DNA of 64,000 nucleotides from Candidatus Uhrbacteria bacterium RIFOXYB12_FULL_58_10 (GTDB taxonomy: Bacteria; Patescibacteriota; Patescibacteriia; UBA9934; GWF2-40-263): contig MGFA01000019.1 in the NCBI GenBank assembly GCA_001791645.1, positions 29,774 through 93,773 on the forward strand. The letters are read 5' to 3'. A program made the translations under genes and the position numbers. This document shows positions 37,254-49,694 of the stretch, one piece after another. The notes beneath the pieces are model-generated. The model saw nothing but the letters and a program-made list of their open reading frames with translations. It searched no databases and was not told the origin of the DNA. Each line of letters begins with the position of its first letter. The stretch's first letter is position 1.

Positions 37254-37527
37254 ATGTTGTCCAAAGCCGGCTATGGCCAATTGGCGTAAGAAAAACAGTC
37301 AATTTCGTTAATAGCGTAAATCTCATCATAATATCCTATGACTATCAAGCAGTCCGCGGCAACGAGTACGTCATTTCAGGGGGCGACCCCGACGCGCGGG
37401 AAACGCGCGGTGACTTCCGCGCAGGGGTTTGTGTTTGTTGTTCATGGTCGCACAGCCTTTTCGCGGAGGATGAATTGACATCCAACGGCCCCTTTGCTAC
37501 ACTTCCGCTCGTTATTCTCCACCTATT

Positions 37528-37812
37528 ATGAAGAAGGAAATCCACCCGGAATACTTCGAAAAAGCTAAGATTGTCTGTGCCTGTGGCGCGGTCTATGAGG
37601 TCGGCTCCACGCTCGCGGAAATCTCGGTTGAACTTTGCGCTGCCTGCCATCCGTTCTATACTGGCAAGCAGAAGATCATCGACACGGCTCGCCGCGTCGA
37701 AAAGTTCGGTGAAAAACTGACCAAGAAGGATGCCGGCAAGACGGTCGCAAAGCGTGCCAAACAGGCCGCCCGTACCGCAAAGAAAAAGGACAGCGCGAAA
37801 AAGGTCTCATAG
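37528..37812 (+). CDS. rpmE: 50S ribosomal protein L31, Zn-binding type.
   Basis: MKKEIHPEY...CxCG...CAACHPFYTGKQK. Confidence 0.9.
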   Translation: MKKEIHPEYFEKAKIVCACGAVYEVGSTLAEISVELCAACHPFYTGKQKIIDTARRVEKFGEKLTKKDAGKTVAKRAKQAARTAKKKDSAKKVS

Positions 37813-37815
37813 ATC

Positions 37816-38880
37816 ATGAATCTCCTCGACGAGCTCACGAAGATCCAAGCGCGTCAGAAAGAGCTCGAGTCACGTCTCAGTGACCCGAGCGTTCTTTCTA
37901 ATATGACTCTTTTGCGCGAGGTGAACACGGAGTTTGGGGAGACAAATGAGGTCATCGCAATCGGACAGCGGTATGCGAAGGCCGTCTCCGACCTGAAGGG
38001 CGCGGAAGCGACGCTCGCTTCCGAGTCCGACCCAGACATGCGTCAGATGGCCGCGGACGAAATCGAACTCTTGAAAAGCCAAATCCCCAAGCTCGAGGAA
38101 GACTTCACGCTTGCCCTCGTCCCTCCTGACCCGCTCGACAAAAAAAATTCCATCGTCGAAATTCGAGCTGGCGCGGGCGGCGACGAATCCGCGCTCTTCG
38201 CCTCGGAACTTTTTCGCATGTACACGCGGTACGCCGACAAACAGGGGTGGAAGGTCAACCTTATCTCCTCAAACCGCAACGACTTGGGCGGATTCAAGGA
38301 AATAATTTTCTCCATCGACGGGAGAAGCGTATACAGCCGCCTCAAGTACGAATCCGGTGTCCATCGCGTGCAACGCGTGCCAGAAACCGAAAAGGCCGGC
38401 CGCGTGCATACTTCGACTGTCACGGTCGCCATTATGCCGGAGGCAGAGGAAATCGATATCCGGATTGAGCCAAAAGACCTACGCATCGATACGATGACTT
38501 CCGGCGGCGCGGGCGGACAAAGCGTAAACACCACCTATTCGGCGATCCGCGTAACGCACATTCCAACGGGCGTGGTGGTGCAGTGCCAGGACGAACGCAG
38601 CCAAGCGCAAAACAAAGAACGGGCTATGTCGGTTCTTCGCGCGCGGCTATTCGCGTTCGAGCAAGAGAAGGTGGACAAGGCGCGAGGAGAATCGGTCCGC
38701 GGACAAATCGGCAGCGGCGACCGTTCGGAAAAAATTCGGACCTACAACTTTCCTCAGGACCGTCTGACCGACCACCGAATTGGACAAAATTTTCATAACC
38801 TTCCAGGCATCATGGAGGGAGATCTCGACGAAATCATCACGGCGCTCAAAACCGCGGAACTCAACGACACGGACCGATGA
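37816..38880 (+). CDS. prfA: Peptide chain release factor 1.
   Basis: GGQ motif (AGGQSVNTT) and PxT-region. 354 aa. Confidence 0.95.
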   Translation: MNLLDELTKIQARQKELESRLSDPSVLSNMTLLREVNTEFGETNEVIAIGQRYAKAVSDLKGAEATLASESDPDMRQMAADEIELLKSQIPKLEEDFTLALVPPDPLDKKNSIVEIRAGAGGDESALFASELFRMYTRYADKQGWKVNLISSNRNDLGGFKEIIFSIDGRSVYSRLKYESGVHRVQRVPETEKAGRVHTSTVTVAIMPEAEEIDIRIEPKDLRIDTMTSGGAGGQSVNTTYSAIRVTHIPTGVVVQCQDERSQAQNKERAMSVLRARLFAFEQEKVDKARGESVRGQIGSGDRSEKIRTYNFPQDRLTDHRIGQNFHNLPGIMEGDLDEIITALKTAELNDTDR

Positions 38881-38913
38881 GTTTTGTCGCCGGTATGCTA
38901 AGATGATCCCGAT

Positions 38914-39831
38914 ATGCTTGTGATGGAAGCGCTGCAATGGGCAAATGACGCCCTCAAGCGCCATATCGACAAAACCGACGACGGAGGACGCCTGGACTCT
39001 CCCATGCTCGACGCGGAGGTGTTGCTTGCGGCGGTCTTAAATGCGAACAAGCCCTGGTTGTTTACGCACCTTGACCATCGATTGACCGCCGAACAGGAAG
39101 AGCGTTTTCATGAGCACGTGAAGCGAAGAACAACGCACGAACCCGTGGCATACATCATCGGATACCGAGAATTTTTCAAACGCAGGTTCCAGGTCAACCG
39201 ATTTGTCCTGATCCCGCGTCCGGCAACGGAGGTTCTGGTTGAACGCGCCCTCGCGGCGGCCGACGGGCCGGAGCGCGACCACACGGTGTTCGCGGACGTG
39301 GGAACCGGATCGGGCGCCATCGCGGTGACTCTCGCCGCCGAGTCGCAGCTCCCCGTGTTCGCAACCGACACAAGCAAACAGGCACTCGCCGTCGCGAAAG
39401 CGAACGCGGAAGAACATCACGTCGAGGAACTCGTCGACCTGAAGCACGGAGATCTCATCGAGCCGATCGTGCGTATCTTCAAATCCGTGGCCGCGACGCA
39501 TCCGCAGACCTTCCGACACCTGGTGCTTTGCGCGAACCTGCCGTACCTGACCGACTTTCAGGTAGACACCGGCCAGCGCGACGTGCGCGACTTTGAACCA
39601 CGCGAGGCGCTCGTGGCGGGACGCGACGGGCTCGACGCGTATTGGAACTTATTCCGACAGCTCAAGCGCCATCGAGGCGTTCTTCCAAAACGCCTGACGG
39701 CGCTTATCGAAATCGATCCGTCACAACGCCAATCTATCGTAGACCTCATCCGCCATGACTTCCCCGCCGCCAAGCCACATATCGAAAACGACCTCGAAGG
39801 CTTCGCCCGCGTCGTGCTGACAGCACTATAA
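38914..39831 (+). CDS. prmC: Release-factor glutamine N5-methyltransferase (HemK/PrmC).
   Basis: SAM motif VGTGSGAI and NLPY (NPPY variant). Follows prfA. Confidence 0.85.
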   Translation: MLVMEALQWANDALKRHIDKTDDGGRLDSPMLDAEVLLAAVLNANKPWLFTHLDHRLTAEQEERFHEHVKRRTTHEPVAYIIGYREFFKRRFQVNRFVLIPRPATEVLVERALAAADGPERDHTVFADVGTGSGAIAVTLAAESQLPVFATDTSKQALAVAKANAEEHHVEELVDLKHGDLIEPIVRIFKSVAATHPQTFRHLVLCANLPYLTDFQVDTGQRDVRDFEPREALVAGRDGLDAYWNLFRQLKRHRGVLPKRLTALIEIDPSQRQSIVDLIRHDFPAAKPHIENDLEGFARVVLTAL

Positions 39832-39851
39832 GGTCCCTTCCTGGTTTCTTA

Positions 39852-39876
39852 AACAAAAAAAGACGGCAGCGCCGTC
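39852..39876 (-). terminator. Rho-independent terminator for the SPFH gene, possibly bidirectional: GACGGC-gct-GCCGTC followed by TTTTTTTG.
   Basis: Hairpin overlapping the stop codon, then a T7 tract on the minus strand. Confidence 0.55.
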
Positions 39877-40594
39877 AGGCCTCCTTTCCGTTTTCTCTTC
39901 CGCCGCCGTCGACGTTCACCACTGGCGAACCGCTCCCGCGCAGGAGCAACGCCGCGACCACCGATGGCCCGAGGTGGCCGAAGGATGCACTCCTGGCCAG
40001 TTCCCTGATCCCTTCGACCAGGATCCTGTTGCCTGTGACCTGGGCGCGGGCCAACTCGGGCTGCACCAGCACCTGGGCCGTTTCCGGCGTCGGCGCGACG
40101 TCGGCGAGCTGGAACGCGAGAATCTCGATCCCCCAGTCGGAAGTGGCACCATGAAGTGCCGTCTTCAGCTCCTCGCTGATCACCTGCAGGTCGTGCAGGT
40201 TGGACGACGACTTCGCGGAAAGACGCTCGCGCAGTATCGTCCCGCCGATGTCCTTGACGCTCTCGTACAGATTGGCCATCTCGAACAGCGCCTGATACAC
40301 GTCCGTCACACGGAACAACACCACTGCCTGAATGGTGTAGGACAGATTGTCCTTCAGGGTGATGGTCTGAGCCGCGAGGCCGAGGGTCGTCTTGCGTACG
40401 TGGACGCGTCGAAGCTCGTGCACAAACGGGATGACAAGGACGAACCCGGGCTCGACGACCCGAAGGAACCGGCCGAAACGCAGCAACCCGCCGCGCTCCC
40501 CCTCCTTCACGAACACCAGGCTCTTGAAGATGCCGAAACTGCCGGCAAGCCCACCCACGACATGTGGCATCATGTCCATCAATGTTCCGTCCAT
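39875..40594 (-). CDS. SPFH/band-7 (stomatin/prohibitin-like) protein.
   Basis: Band-7 core PFVHELRRVHVRKTTL...DNLSYTIQAVVLFRV. Confidence 0.8.
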   Translation of the reverse strand: MDGTLMDMMPHVVGGLAGSFGIFKSLVFVKEGERGGLLRFGRFLRVVEPGFVLVIPFVHELRRVHVRKTTLGLAAQTITLKDNLSYTIQAVVLFRVTDVYQALFEMANLYESVKDIGGTILRERLSAKSSSNLHDLQVISEELKTALHGATSDWGIEILAFQLADVAPTPETAQVLVQPELARAQVTGNRILVEGIRELARSASFGHLGPSVVAALLLRGSGSPVVNVDGGGRENGKEA

Positions 40595-40649
40595 TCTGAC
40601 TCCTTCCCCTTCTTGGGGGAGGAAACAGTAACAAGGATGCGTGGATCCG

Positions 40650-41708
40650 TCAATTGATCGAAACGTCCTTCTCGCTTGGTATCACCTCGATCCAAGTGTT
40701 CCCGGCGCCCATTGCGACCTGATTGCCATCCGCGTCGTAAAACGCGAGACGCTCGCTCACCGACGGTTTTTTCCAGGTAATTTCAATGGTCTTTCCATCC
40801 TGGAGCAGCCACGCCTTTCCTTCCCCGGTCGTTCGGACGCTCCGACGGCCCACGGAGTCGAGCACCGCAACGTCCGTGACCATGACGACAATATTATTGG
40901 CCGTAAGCCGCGTGCCATCGGCCGTCTTTGCTTCCCGACCGCCTTGCGAACGCAGATATGCGTTCGTCTCTGCGTCGTATTCCCAATGAACCGAGTATAA
41001 CGCGGAGTTATATTGCACAGTCACGCCCTTTTTTTCACCATCTTCGCTCTTTTCGTCATCAATAAACTTCCACGTTCCATACAGCGTCTCCGGCGCGCGA
41101 CCGCGCTCCTCGGCCTTCGCGACGGCCGCAGCGAGAAGCGCTGTGGACGTGTACGTGTTATGCGGCGCGTATCGGTCGGAGGACCGCCAAAAGAAGACCC
41201 CGTTATAAAACTCGTTCAAATCAAACGTGCCCGTGGACGCAATCAAATCAAGCGCGGCATTCGAGCCGCCAACGTGCGCGTACAGCGCGTCAAATTCATT
41301 TGCCCAATCGATAAAATATGGCCGCGCAGAACGAACCGGGCCGATTTTTTCCACGTCCGTGTCCGCAGAGAAGAATGCCTCGAACCGGGGGATCGACGCC
41401 TCCACAGGCGCCTCGATGACCAAAAACGCCCTGTCCACGCCAGATGGGGGCCAGGCATCCACGGAATTGTCGATCATGACTGCGTACACGCGCGGAAGAA
41501 TCGAAAGATCCTCTGAAACCTGGAGGCCGGAAAGCGGGTGGCGGAAAACAGGCGACTCGACTTCCTCTCCACCGCCAGTCTCATCTGTTCCGCCTGTCTC
41601 CTCTGTTCCATTCGCGAATATTTTCCATCCCCCAAAACCAAACGCAAGCGCCAGAATGATGACGCCTGCGATCGCATGCTTCTTCGTAAGTTTACTTGGC
41701 AACTTCAT
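40650..41708 (-). CDS. DUF3048 domain secreted protein.
   Basis: Signal anchor. YAVMIDNSVDAWPPSG is a typical DUF3048 motif. Confidence 0.7.
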   Translation of the reverse strand: MKLPSKLTKKHAIAGVIILALAFGFGGWKIFANGTEETGGTDETGGGEEVESPVFRHPLSGLQVSEDLSILPRVYAVMIDNSVDAWPPSGVDRAFLVIEAPVEASIPRFEAFFSADTDVEKIGPVRSARPYFIDWANEFDALYAHVGGSNAALDLIASTGTFDLNEFYNGVFFWRSSDRYAPHNTYTSTALLAAAVAKAEERGRAPETLYGTWKFIDDEKSEDGEKKGVTVQYNSALYSVHWEYDAETNAYLRSQGGREAKTADGTRLTANNIVVMVTDVAVLDSVGRRSVRTTGEGKAWLLQDGKTIEITWKKPSVSERLAFYDADGNQVAMGAGNTWIEVIPSEKDVSIN

Positions 41709-42357
41709 CCGTGGTTTCCCCCTCTTCCTTCTTTTCCTTCTCAACCTTCTCCACGGCATTCACGTCGATTTCTACCGCCGTGTCGAGCTCGGCAAGTTCT
41801 TCTTCCGAACGCGGGGCATCAACGCCCGCGACCATCGCGTCCTCATCCTCGAGAATCTCGACCCCGGACGGAACCGGCAGATCCTTCACGAGAATCTGAT
41901 CCTCGAACGTGACGAGCTTCGAGACGTCGACGTCAATGTGCGACACGAGGTCCATCGGGAGCGCGCGCACGCGAACTTCCTCGATCGGGTGCATGAGCGT
42001 TCCACCAAGGCTCTTCACCGCCGGCGACTCGCCAACGAACGCGAGCTTAACCTCGGCCTCAATCTTCTTCGTCATGTCCACGGCGCGGAAATCCGCATGG
42101 ATAAACTCACCACGAAGCGGATCGATCTGGGTGTCTTGGATAAGGACGTGCATTGCCTTGCCGTCGCCAATCGCAAGTTCGACGATCGTGGATTCCCCAG
42201 CGCTCTTAAACGTCTTGGCGAACTCGTTATGCACGATCTCGATGTTCATCGGATCGGTTCCAACCCCGTACACGACGGCCGGAATGACGCCTTCGTTACG
42301 AAGATGATAGGTCTTGCGTCCAATCAGGTCGCGTTTTTTTGCCTGAAGCGTAAGTGT
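41692..42357 (-). CDS. rplY: 50S ribosomal protein L25 / general stress protein Ctc.
   Basis: METLTLQAKKRD...GVIPAVVYG N-terminal L25 motif. Acidic C-terminal tail. Confidence 0.85.
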   Translation of the reverse strand, partial: TLTLQAKKRDLIGRKTYHLRNEGVIPAVVYGVGTDPMNIEIVHNEFAKTFKSAGESTIVELAIGDGKAMHVLIQDTQIDPLRGEFIHADFRAVDMTKKIEAEVKLAFVGESPAVKSLGGTLMHPIEEVRVRALPMDLVSHIDVDVSKLVTFEDQILVKDLPVPSGVEILEDEDAMVAGVDAPRSEEELAELDTAVEIDVNAVEKVEKEKKEEGETTDEVAK

Positions 42358-42416
42358 TTCCATACAAACAATACCAGCGTTAATCGCCCGCATTGTGCTT
42401 GATAGGCCGGAATATG

Positions 42417-42818
42417 TCAAGCGGCGCGACGGGACGCAACCGATACCTTGGCCCGGGACCGTCTCTTGGGCGGCGAAATATGCAAAACTTCCGCAAGCGG
42501 AGCCTCTAATCCCTCATGTGCCTCAATCACGTCGTCGGTACTCACCCGCCCCCCGCGATGAAACCGCAGGACATCATCGTAGCTCAAATCCGTCACGAGC
42601 CCGACCGTGCTCCCTCCGGCCTCCCCTTCAACCACCAACGCAAGCGTGGCAGACCCGCACTTCTTGCAGGTGGCGTGAATCAGCCGCGTATCATCCTGTT
42701 CGGAAAGGACGCGCGCCTGCGCTGGCGCGTACTTGGTCTCACACAACGGACAGAAAGACATGAGACGGAGCGAGTCGTTTCCAGATGGGAGTGGCTTCAT
42801 ATAATTGCACTTTAACAC
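42417..42818 (-). CDS. Hypothetical zinc-ribbon protein (CPLC...CKKC).
   Basis: Two CxxC pairs. Start uncertain (M1, M7 or M21). Confidence 0.5.
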   Translation of the reverse strand: MLKCNYMKPLPSGNDSLRLMSFCPLCETKYAPAQARVLSEQDDTRLIHATCKKCGSATLALVVEGEAGGSTVGLVTDLSYDDVLRFHRGGRVSTDDVIEAHEGLEAPLAEVLHISPPKRRSRAKVSVASRRAA

Positions 42819-42839
42819 AGGCGTTGGACGGTGAGTAGG

Positions 42840-43937
42840 CTACCCCCTTGATCGTACCGTGACGCTTTCCACGATCCCAAGCATCACAAGGGTAAACAAG
42901 AGCGACGATCCTCCGTAACTGACGAGGGGAAGCGCCACGCCAGTCACGGGAAGCAACCCGAGATTCATCCCCACATTAATGAAAAACTGAACGAACAGCG
43001 TTCCACCGATCCCAATGAGCAAAAAGCTCGTAAAATCATCGCGCGTCGAAGACGCGAAATGCCAGATGCGAAAGAAAACTAAGGCAAAGGCGCCAAGCAA
43101 AAGGATGACTCCGACGAATCCGAGCTCTTCGGCGATCACCGCAAAAATAAAGTCCGTTTGCGATTCCGGCAAAAATTTCAATTGGCTCTGCGAACCGAAC
43201 CCGAGCCCGCTCCCAAGCCATCCGCCCGCTCCAACGGCAATCATCGCCTGTGCCACGTTATAGCCTTGCCCGAGCGGATCCGCCGCGGGGTTCACGAATG
43301 TCCTGAGACGATCTTTCTGGTATGGGGCTAACAAAAAGGACCACGCGACAACGGATACGATGGCCATGGCCACGACGAGCGTGGCGAGATGACGCTTCTT
43401 CATTCCGGCGAACAAGACGAGAATGCCCCACATCCCAAGGAGGAGTGCCGCGGAACCAAGGTCTGGCTGCATCAGGACAAGACCGACTGGCAACGCGGTG
43501 ATGATTCCGCTCTCCAACAGTTCCCTCCAACCGAAATCCAAGCGTGCACGGCGGCTGAAGTATGCCGCGAGCGAAACCGCGAGCGCGACTTTCATCAGCT
43601 CAACCGGCTGGAAACTCACCGGGCCGATCGCGTACCAACCGGTCGTTCCACGAATCGTAACGCCAAACGCCAGCACCCCCGCAAGCGACGCCACCCCAAT
43701 GACATACGAGATGAGCGCGTAGTTGCGCAACAAATGATAATTGGAGCCAGCAACGGCGAAAAAAACACCCAAACCGACCAACGCGGACACAACCTGCTTT
43801 TGAATGTTCAAAAAGTCAGAATCTCCGTAAGAAAGTTCGATGGAGTAAATGGCTGCCAAGCCCAAAATAACGAGAGTAAAAGCCCCGGAAATAAGAAACC
43901 AGTCCGCCGTTTGAAGCTGGCGAAAAAATCGGTACAT
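42840..43937 (-). CDS. SEDS-family peptidoglycan glycosyltransferase (FtsW/RodA).
   Basis: 10 TM helices. Conserved SEDS loops (MQPDLGSA, GVALPLVSYGGSS). Confidence 0.85.
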   Translation of the reverse strand: MYRFFRQLQTADWFLISGAFTLVILGLAAIYSIELSYGDSDFLNIQKQVVSALVGLGVFFAVAGSNYHLLRNYALISYVIGVASLAGVLAFGVTIRGTTGWYAIGPVSFQPVELMKVALAVSLAAYFSRRARLDFGWRELLESGIITALPVGLVLMQPDLGSAALLLGMWGILVLFAGMKKRHLATLVVAMAIVSVVAWSFLLAPYQKDRLRTFVNPAADPLGQGYNVAQAMIAVGAGGWLGSGLGFGSQSQLKFLPESQTDFIFAVIAEELGFVGVILLLGAFALVFFRIWHFASSTRDDFTSFLLIGIGGTLFVQFFINVGMNLGLLPVTGVALPLVSYGGSSLLFTLVMLGIVESVTVRSRG

Positions 43938-43942
43938 GAGGC

Positions 43943-44872
43943 TTACCGTCGACCGCGCAACTGAACGCGCGTGCGCGTGTCCTCGGTCGTCTCTCCTTCT
44001 AACGGCTTATAGGACAAAATGTCAAATGGGTTCACGGACGCGCTGATCTCCACCTTACTGACGTTCGGGATCGTCCCGAACCAGTTGATTGTCACATTCT
44101 GTTCCTCTCCGGAAACCAAATCCGAGAGGGATGTGCCCGTCACGCCCACCACGGAGGACGCTCGCAAAAGCGTCGCGGTAAACGCCGGCTCATAGTAACT
44201 GTAGGCGGTATTATTTTTCACCGTGAAGCTGACACGGCCGATCGTTTTGCCATCAAGCTCAACGCTTTCGAACGACGCGTTTGATATGTCAAACCCAATC
44301 CGGTCATCGAACCACTGGGCGTAGTCGCCCGTCACGTGATGGTCCACCCGGTGCCACACGACCTCGGAGATGACCAGCGACACGGAGCGTGGCGCAGCCA
44401 AAGATTCCACCAAATACGCGATGATCGGTTTCTCAGCGCCTGGCAGAATATAACCGTCGGCCTGGTCAGTGGTGCCCGCGCTTGAGGTAAACGCATACGC
44501 GAACTCAGCCCACCAGTCAGGATTCGGATTCGTGAGCGTGGCGTACAAATCATACGTTCCTGTCGTGGACAAAACTGCGGTCGCCTTGCCGGCCTCTAAG
44601 TCATCCGCCGCGGTCGCGGAAGAATAGGCGCGCAAGTCGCCCTGCCCGTAAGCGGCAAGCTCCAGCACCGCGCGTTGCTCGTCGGCGTAGCTCACGACGT
44701 ATACATCGACGAACGTCCAGGCTACAAACGCGATCAGAAGCAAATCAGCACACGCGAACAAAATCAACCCAAGGCGCTTCACCCCGGCCCGGCTCTCAAT
44801 CCACCAGCTCGAAAGCCGATACTGCTTCTGATAGTCTTTTTCCGCCTCCAGCAGGACACCTCCATTTTCCAT
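43943..44872 (-). CDS. Hypothetical N-terminally anchored protein (309 aa).
   Basis: One TM helix, then a beta-rich, Thr/Ser-rich ectodomain. No motif recognised. Confidence 0.55.
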   Translation of the reverse strand: MENGGVLLEAEKDYQKQYRLSSWWIESRAGVKRLGLILFACADLLLIAFVAWTFVDVYVVSYADEQRAVLELAAYGQGDLRAYSSATAADDLEAGKATAVLSTTGTYDLYATLTNPNPDWWAEFAYAFTSSAGTTDQADGYILPGAEKPIIAYLVESLAAPRSVSLVISEVVWHRVDHHVTGDYAQWFDDRIGFDISNASFESVELDGKTIGRVSFTVKNNTAYSYYEPAFTATLLRASSVVGVTGTSLSDLVSGEEQNVTINWFGTIPNVSKVEISASVNPFDILSYKPLEGETTEDTRTRVQLRGRR

Positions 44873-44929
44873 ATTGTTTATAGTATACCTGATCCTGATT
44901 CGATTGACATCTCCCCCGTTTCACGATGA

Positions 44930-47134
<2,205 letters not shown>

Positions 47135-47140
47135 CGCATA

Positions 47141-47166
47141 GACCCCGCCAAAGGCGGGGTCTTTTG
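47141..47166 (+). terminator. Rho-independent terminator after gyrB: GACCCCGCC-aaa-GGCGGGGTC followed by TTTTG.
   Basis: Perfect 9-bp stem followed by a T-tract. Confidence 0.7.
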
Positions 47167-47192
47167 ACAAGTTGCGGGCCTTGCTGTATATT
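47164..47192 (+). promoter_or_regulatory. secE-nusG-rplK operon promoter: TTGACA, 17-nt spacer, TGtATATT. It overlaps a second hairpin (GCGGGCCTT...AAGGCCCGC).
   Basis: Consensus -35 plus an extended -10 about 40 nt upstream of the secE ATG. Confidence 0.55.
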
Positions 47193-47232
47193 TGCGGCAG
47201 AAAGGCCCGCAAGGGCTTCTTAAAGTAGCGTT

Positions 47233-47436
47233 ATGACCAACCCGATCAAACCAGTCACGTCGTACCTCCGCGAATCAAAGGAGGAACTCAAGAAGGTTAC
47301 CTGGCCATCGCGCCGCGAAACGGTGCGCTATTCGATCATCGTGATCGTGGTTTCCCTTGCGACCGGAGCCCTCTTCGCCGGGCTCGACTGGGCGCTTAAC
47401 CTCGGCCTCGAACAGCTCATCATCCTTACTTCGTAA
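47233..47436 (+). CDS. secE: Preprotein translocase subunit SecE.
   Basis: 67 aa with a single C-terminal TM helix. Positioned before nusG. Confidence 0.8.
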   Translation: MTNPIKPVTSYLRESKEELKKVTWPSRRETVRYSIIVIVVSLATGALFAGLDWALNLGLEQLIILTS

Positions 47437-47482
47437 TCCATTCGCCCCTTTTCGTCCTTTCAGACACACCAAGCCCTTACGC

Positions 47483-48031
47483 GCTATGCCAAAACAAACA
47501 GCAAATTACGGACGACGCTGGTACGCCATCCATACGTACTCCGGTTACGAAGACAACGTTTCCGAGGCGCTGCATCAGCGCATCGACACCATGGACATGC
47601 ACGAAAAGATTTTTTCGGTGCTGGTTCCGAAGGAAAAGAAGATCAAGATCAAGAACGGCAAGCGAAAGATGACCGAGGAAAAGATTTTTCCTGGGTACGT
47701 GCTCGTTGAGATGGTCGTGACGGACGACTCGTGGTACGTGGTGCGCAATACGCCGAACGTCACAGGATTCATTGGCACGGGAACCATCCCGACGCCGATC
47801 GCGCAGGAAGAAATTGACGCGCTGCTCAAGCGCACGGGCGCGACCGAACCGGAAACGACATTCGACGTCACGAAGGGCTCAGTGGTACAGATTACGGACG
47901 GACCGTTCAAGAATTTCGAAGGCAAGGTGTCCGATATCGACGAGACGCGCGGAAAGGTCAAGGTGCTCGTCAACATGTTCGGACGCGAAACCCCTGTGGA
48001 ACTCGATTTCCTCCAGGTCAAAAAAATCTGA
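47483..48031 (+). CDS. nusG: Transcription termination/antitermination factor NusG.
   Basis: WYAIHTYSGYE NGN domain and C-terminal KOW (GKVKVLVNMFGRETPVEL). Confidence 0.9.
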   Translation, partial: AMPKQTANYGRRWYAIHTYSGYEDNVSEALHQRIDTMDMHEKIFSVLVPKEKKIKIKNGKRKMTEEKIFPGYVLVEMVVTDDSWYVVRNTPNVTGFIGTGTIPTPIAQEEIDALLKRTGATEPETTFDVTKGSVVQITDGPFKNFEGKVSDIDETRGKVKVLVNMFGRETPVELDFLQVKKI

Positions 48032-48093
48032 TCTCATTAATCCACATAGCATGGTTGCCCTCGAGCGAGGGAATCCAATAATCAAAAAACGCT

Positions 48094-48516
48094 ATGGCCA
48101 AGAAACTCGTTACTCAAATCAAGTTGCAGATCGCCGGTGGCGCCGCCACCCCTGCCCCGCCGGTCGGTCCGGCACTCGGCCAGCACGGCCTCAACATCGC
48201 CGACTTCGTGAAGCGCTTCAATGACGCCACGCAGGCGCGCCGCGGCGAAACCGTCCCGGTCATCATCAACGTGTACGAGGACCGTACCTTCGACTTCGTC
48301 ATGAAGGTCGCGCCGGCATCCGGTCTCATCGCGAAGGCGGCAGGCATCGAAAAGGGCTCCGGCAAGCCGCTCACGGAAAAGGCGGGCAAAATCACGAAGG
48401 CGCAGCTGCGAGAGATCGCGGAAAAAAAGCTGCCTGACCTCAACACGTCCGACATCGAAGCCGCGATGAAGATCATCGCCGGCACCGCGCGCCAAATGGG
48501 AGTGGACATCGTTTAA
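48094..48516 (+). CDS. rplK: 50S ribosomal protein L11.
   Basis: [23 protein letters not shown] motif. Confidence 0.95.
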   Translation: MAKKLVTQIKLQIAGGAATPAPPVGPALGQHGLNIADFVKRFNDATQARRGETVPVIINVYEDRTFDFVMKVAPASGLIAKAAGIEKGSGKPLTEKAGKITKAQLREIAEKKLPDLNTSDIEAAMKIIAGTARQMGVDIV

Positions 48517-48546
48517 CATCGATTCTTTCACCCTAATCAACGTCGT

Positions 48547-48909
48547 ATGACAAAGGGAGGCTCGATCATTCTCCGAATTTACTTCACGCTCGTGGCGTTT
48601 GTCACCCTGATGATTCTCATCTTCTCGGTGTCGGATCTCGTGAACATCGCTCTGAAGACCTACGTCTTTCCGAAGGCAGACCGCCCGGAGTACACCATGG
48701 TCTGCGACCTGCAATATCAGACGCGGGAGCAGTGCGACACGCAAAAGGTCAATGACGAGGAATCCGCGCGCGTCCGCAAGCAGCAGTCGGCCGTGCGCGA
48801 CATCTCGCTGCTCTTGGTCGCGGCCCCCCTGTTCTGGCTCCACTGGCGCGTCGTGTATCGCGACCTGATGGGAGAGCGCGAAGAAAAGAAAGAAGAAAAA
48901 AAGTCTTAA
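48547..48909 (+). CDS. Hypothetical 2-TM membrane protein inserted between rplK and rplA.
   Basis: 120 aa: two hydrophobic helices flanking a charged loop, Lys/Glu tail. Confidence 0.55.
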   Translation: MTKGGSIILRIYFTLVAFVTLMILIFSVSDLVNIALKTYVFPKADRPEYTMVCDLQYQTREQCDTQKVNDEESARVRKQQSAVRDISLLLVAAPLFWLHWRVVYRDLMGEREEKKEEKKS

Positions 48910-48960
48910 ATATCTAAATAGGTGGGAGGTCGGAGGAGACCGCTTGAACCACAAATCCCT

Positions 48961-49644
48961 ATGGCAGGAAAGCGCATTGAAGAGGCACGCAAGCTCGTGG
49001 ACGCGAAAAGGACCTATACCCTCACCGAGGCCATTGCCCTCGTGAAACAGTTCCCAAAGGCGGGATTCGACGAGGCGGTCGAGCTCCACGTGAAGCTCGG
49101 CATCGACCCGACCAAGGGCGACCAGCAGGTGCGTGGCACCATCGCCTTCCCGCACGGGGTCGGCAAGTCGAAGCGCGTCGCGGCGTTCGTCGAGGCGGCG
49201 AAGGAAGCGGATGCGAAGGCCGCTGGTGCGGACATCGTCGGCGGCGAGGAGCTCATCAATGAGATCGCCACGAAGGGTACCATCGACTTCGACGTCGCAG
49301 TCGCGACGCCGGCCATGATGCCAAAGATTGCCAAGCTCGCGAAGCTGCTCGGTCCGAAGGGCCTCATGCCGAACCCGAAGAACGACACGGTCGGCCCAAA
49401 CGTGACCAAGATGATCCAGGAACAGAAGGCCGGTAAACAGTCGTTTAAAAACGACACCACGGCCAATATCCACCAGATCGTCGGCCGCGTGTCGATGACC
49501 GAAGCACAGCTTAGAGAGAACATCGCGCCGTTCGCCGAGCAGCTGCGCAAGCTGAAGCCGGCATCGGCCAAGGGCATTTACTTCCGCAACGCGTCGCTCA
49601 CTACCACGATGGGTCCGGGCGTGAAGATTGACATGAACTCGTAG
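48961..49644 (+). CDS. rplA: 50S ribosomal protein L1.
   Basis: MAGKRIEEARK...FDEAVELHVKLGIDP motifs. The ORF track adds 13 aa upstream. Confidence 0.9.
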   Translation: MAGKRIEEARKLVDAKRTYTLTEAIALVKQFPKAGFDEAVELHVKLGIDPTKGDQQVRGTIAFPHGVGKSKRVAAFVEAAKEADAKAAGADIVGGEELINEIATKGTIDFDVAVATPAMMPKIAKLAKLLGPKGLMPNPKNDTVGPNVTKMIQEQKAGKQSFKNDTTANIHQIVGRVSMTEAQLRENIAPFAEQLRKLKPASAKGIYFRNASLTTTMGPGVKIDMNS

Positions 49645-49694
49645 TAGACAATGGCGCCCGCCGGCGGTAAGCTGGCGGGTGTTATTGTTATCGA

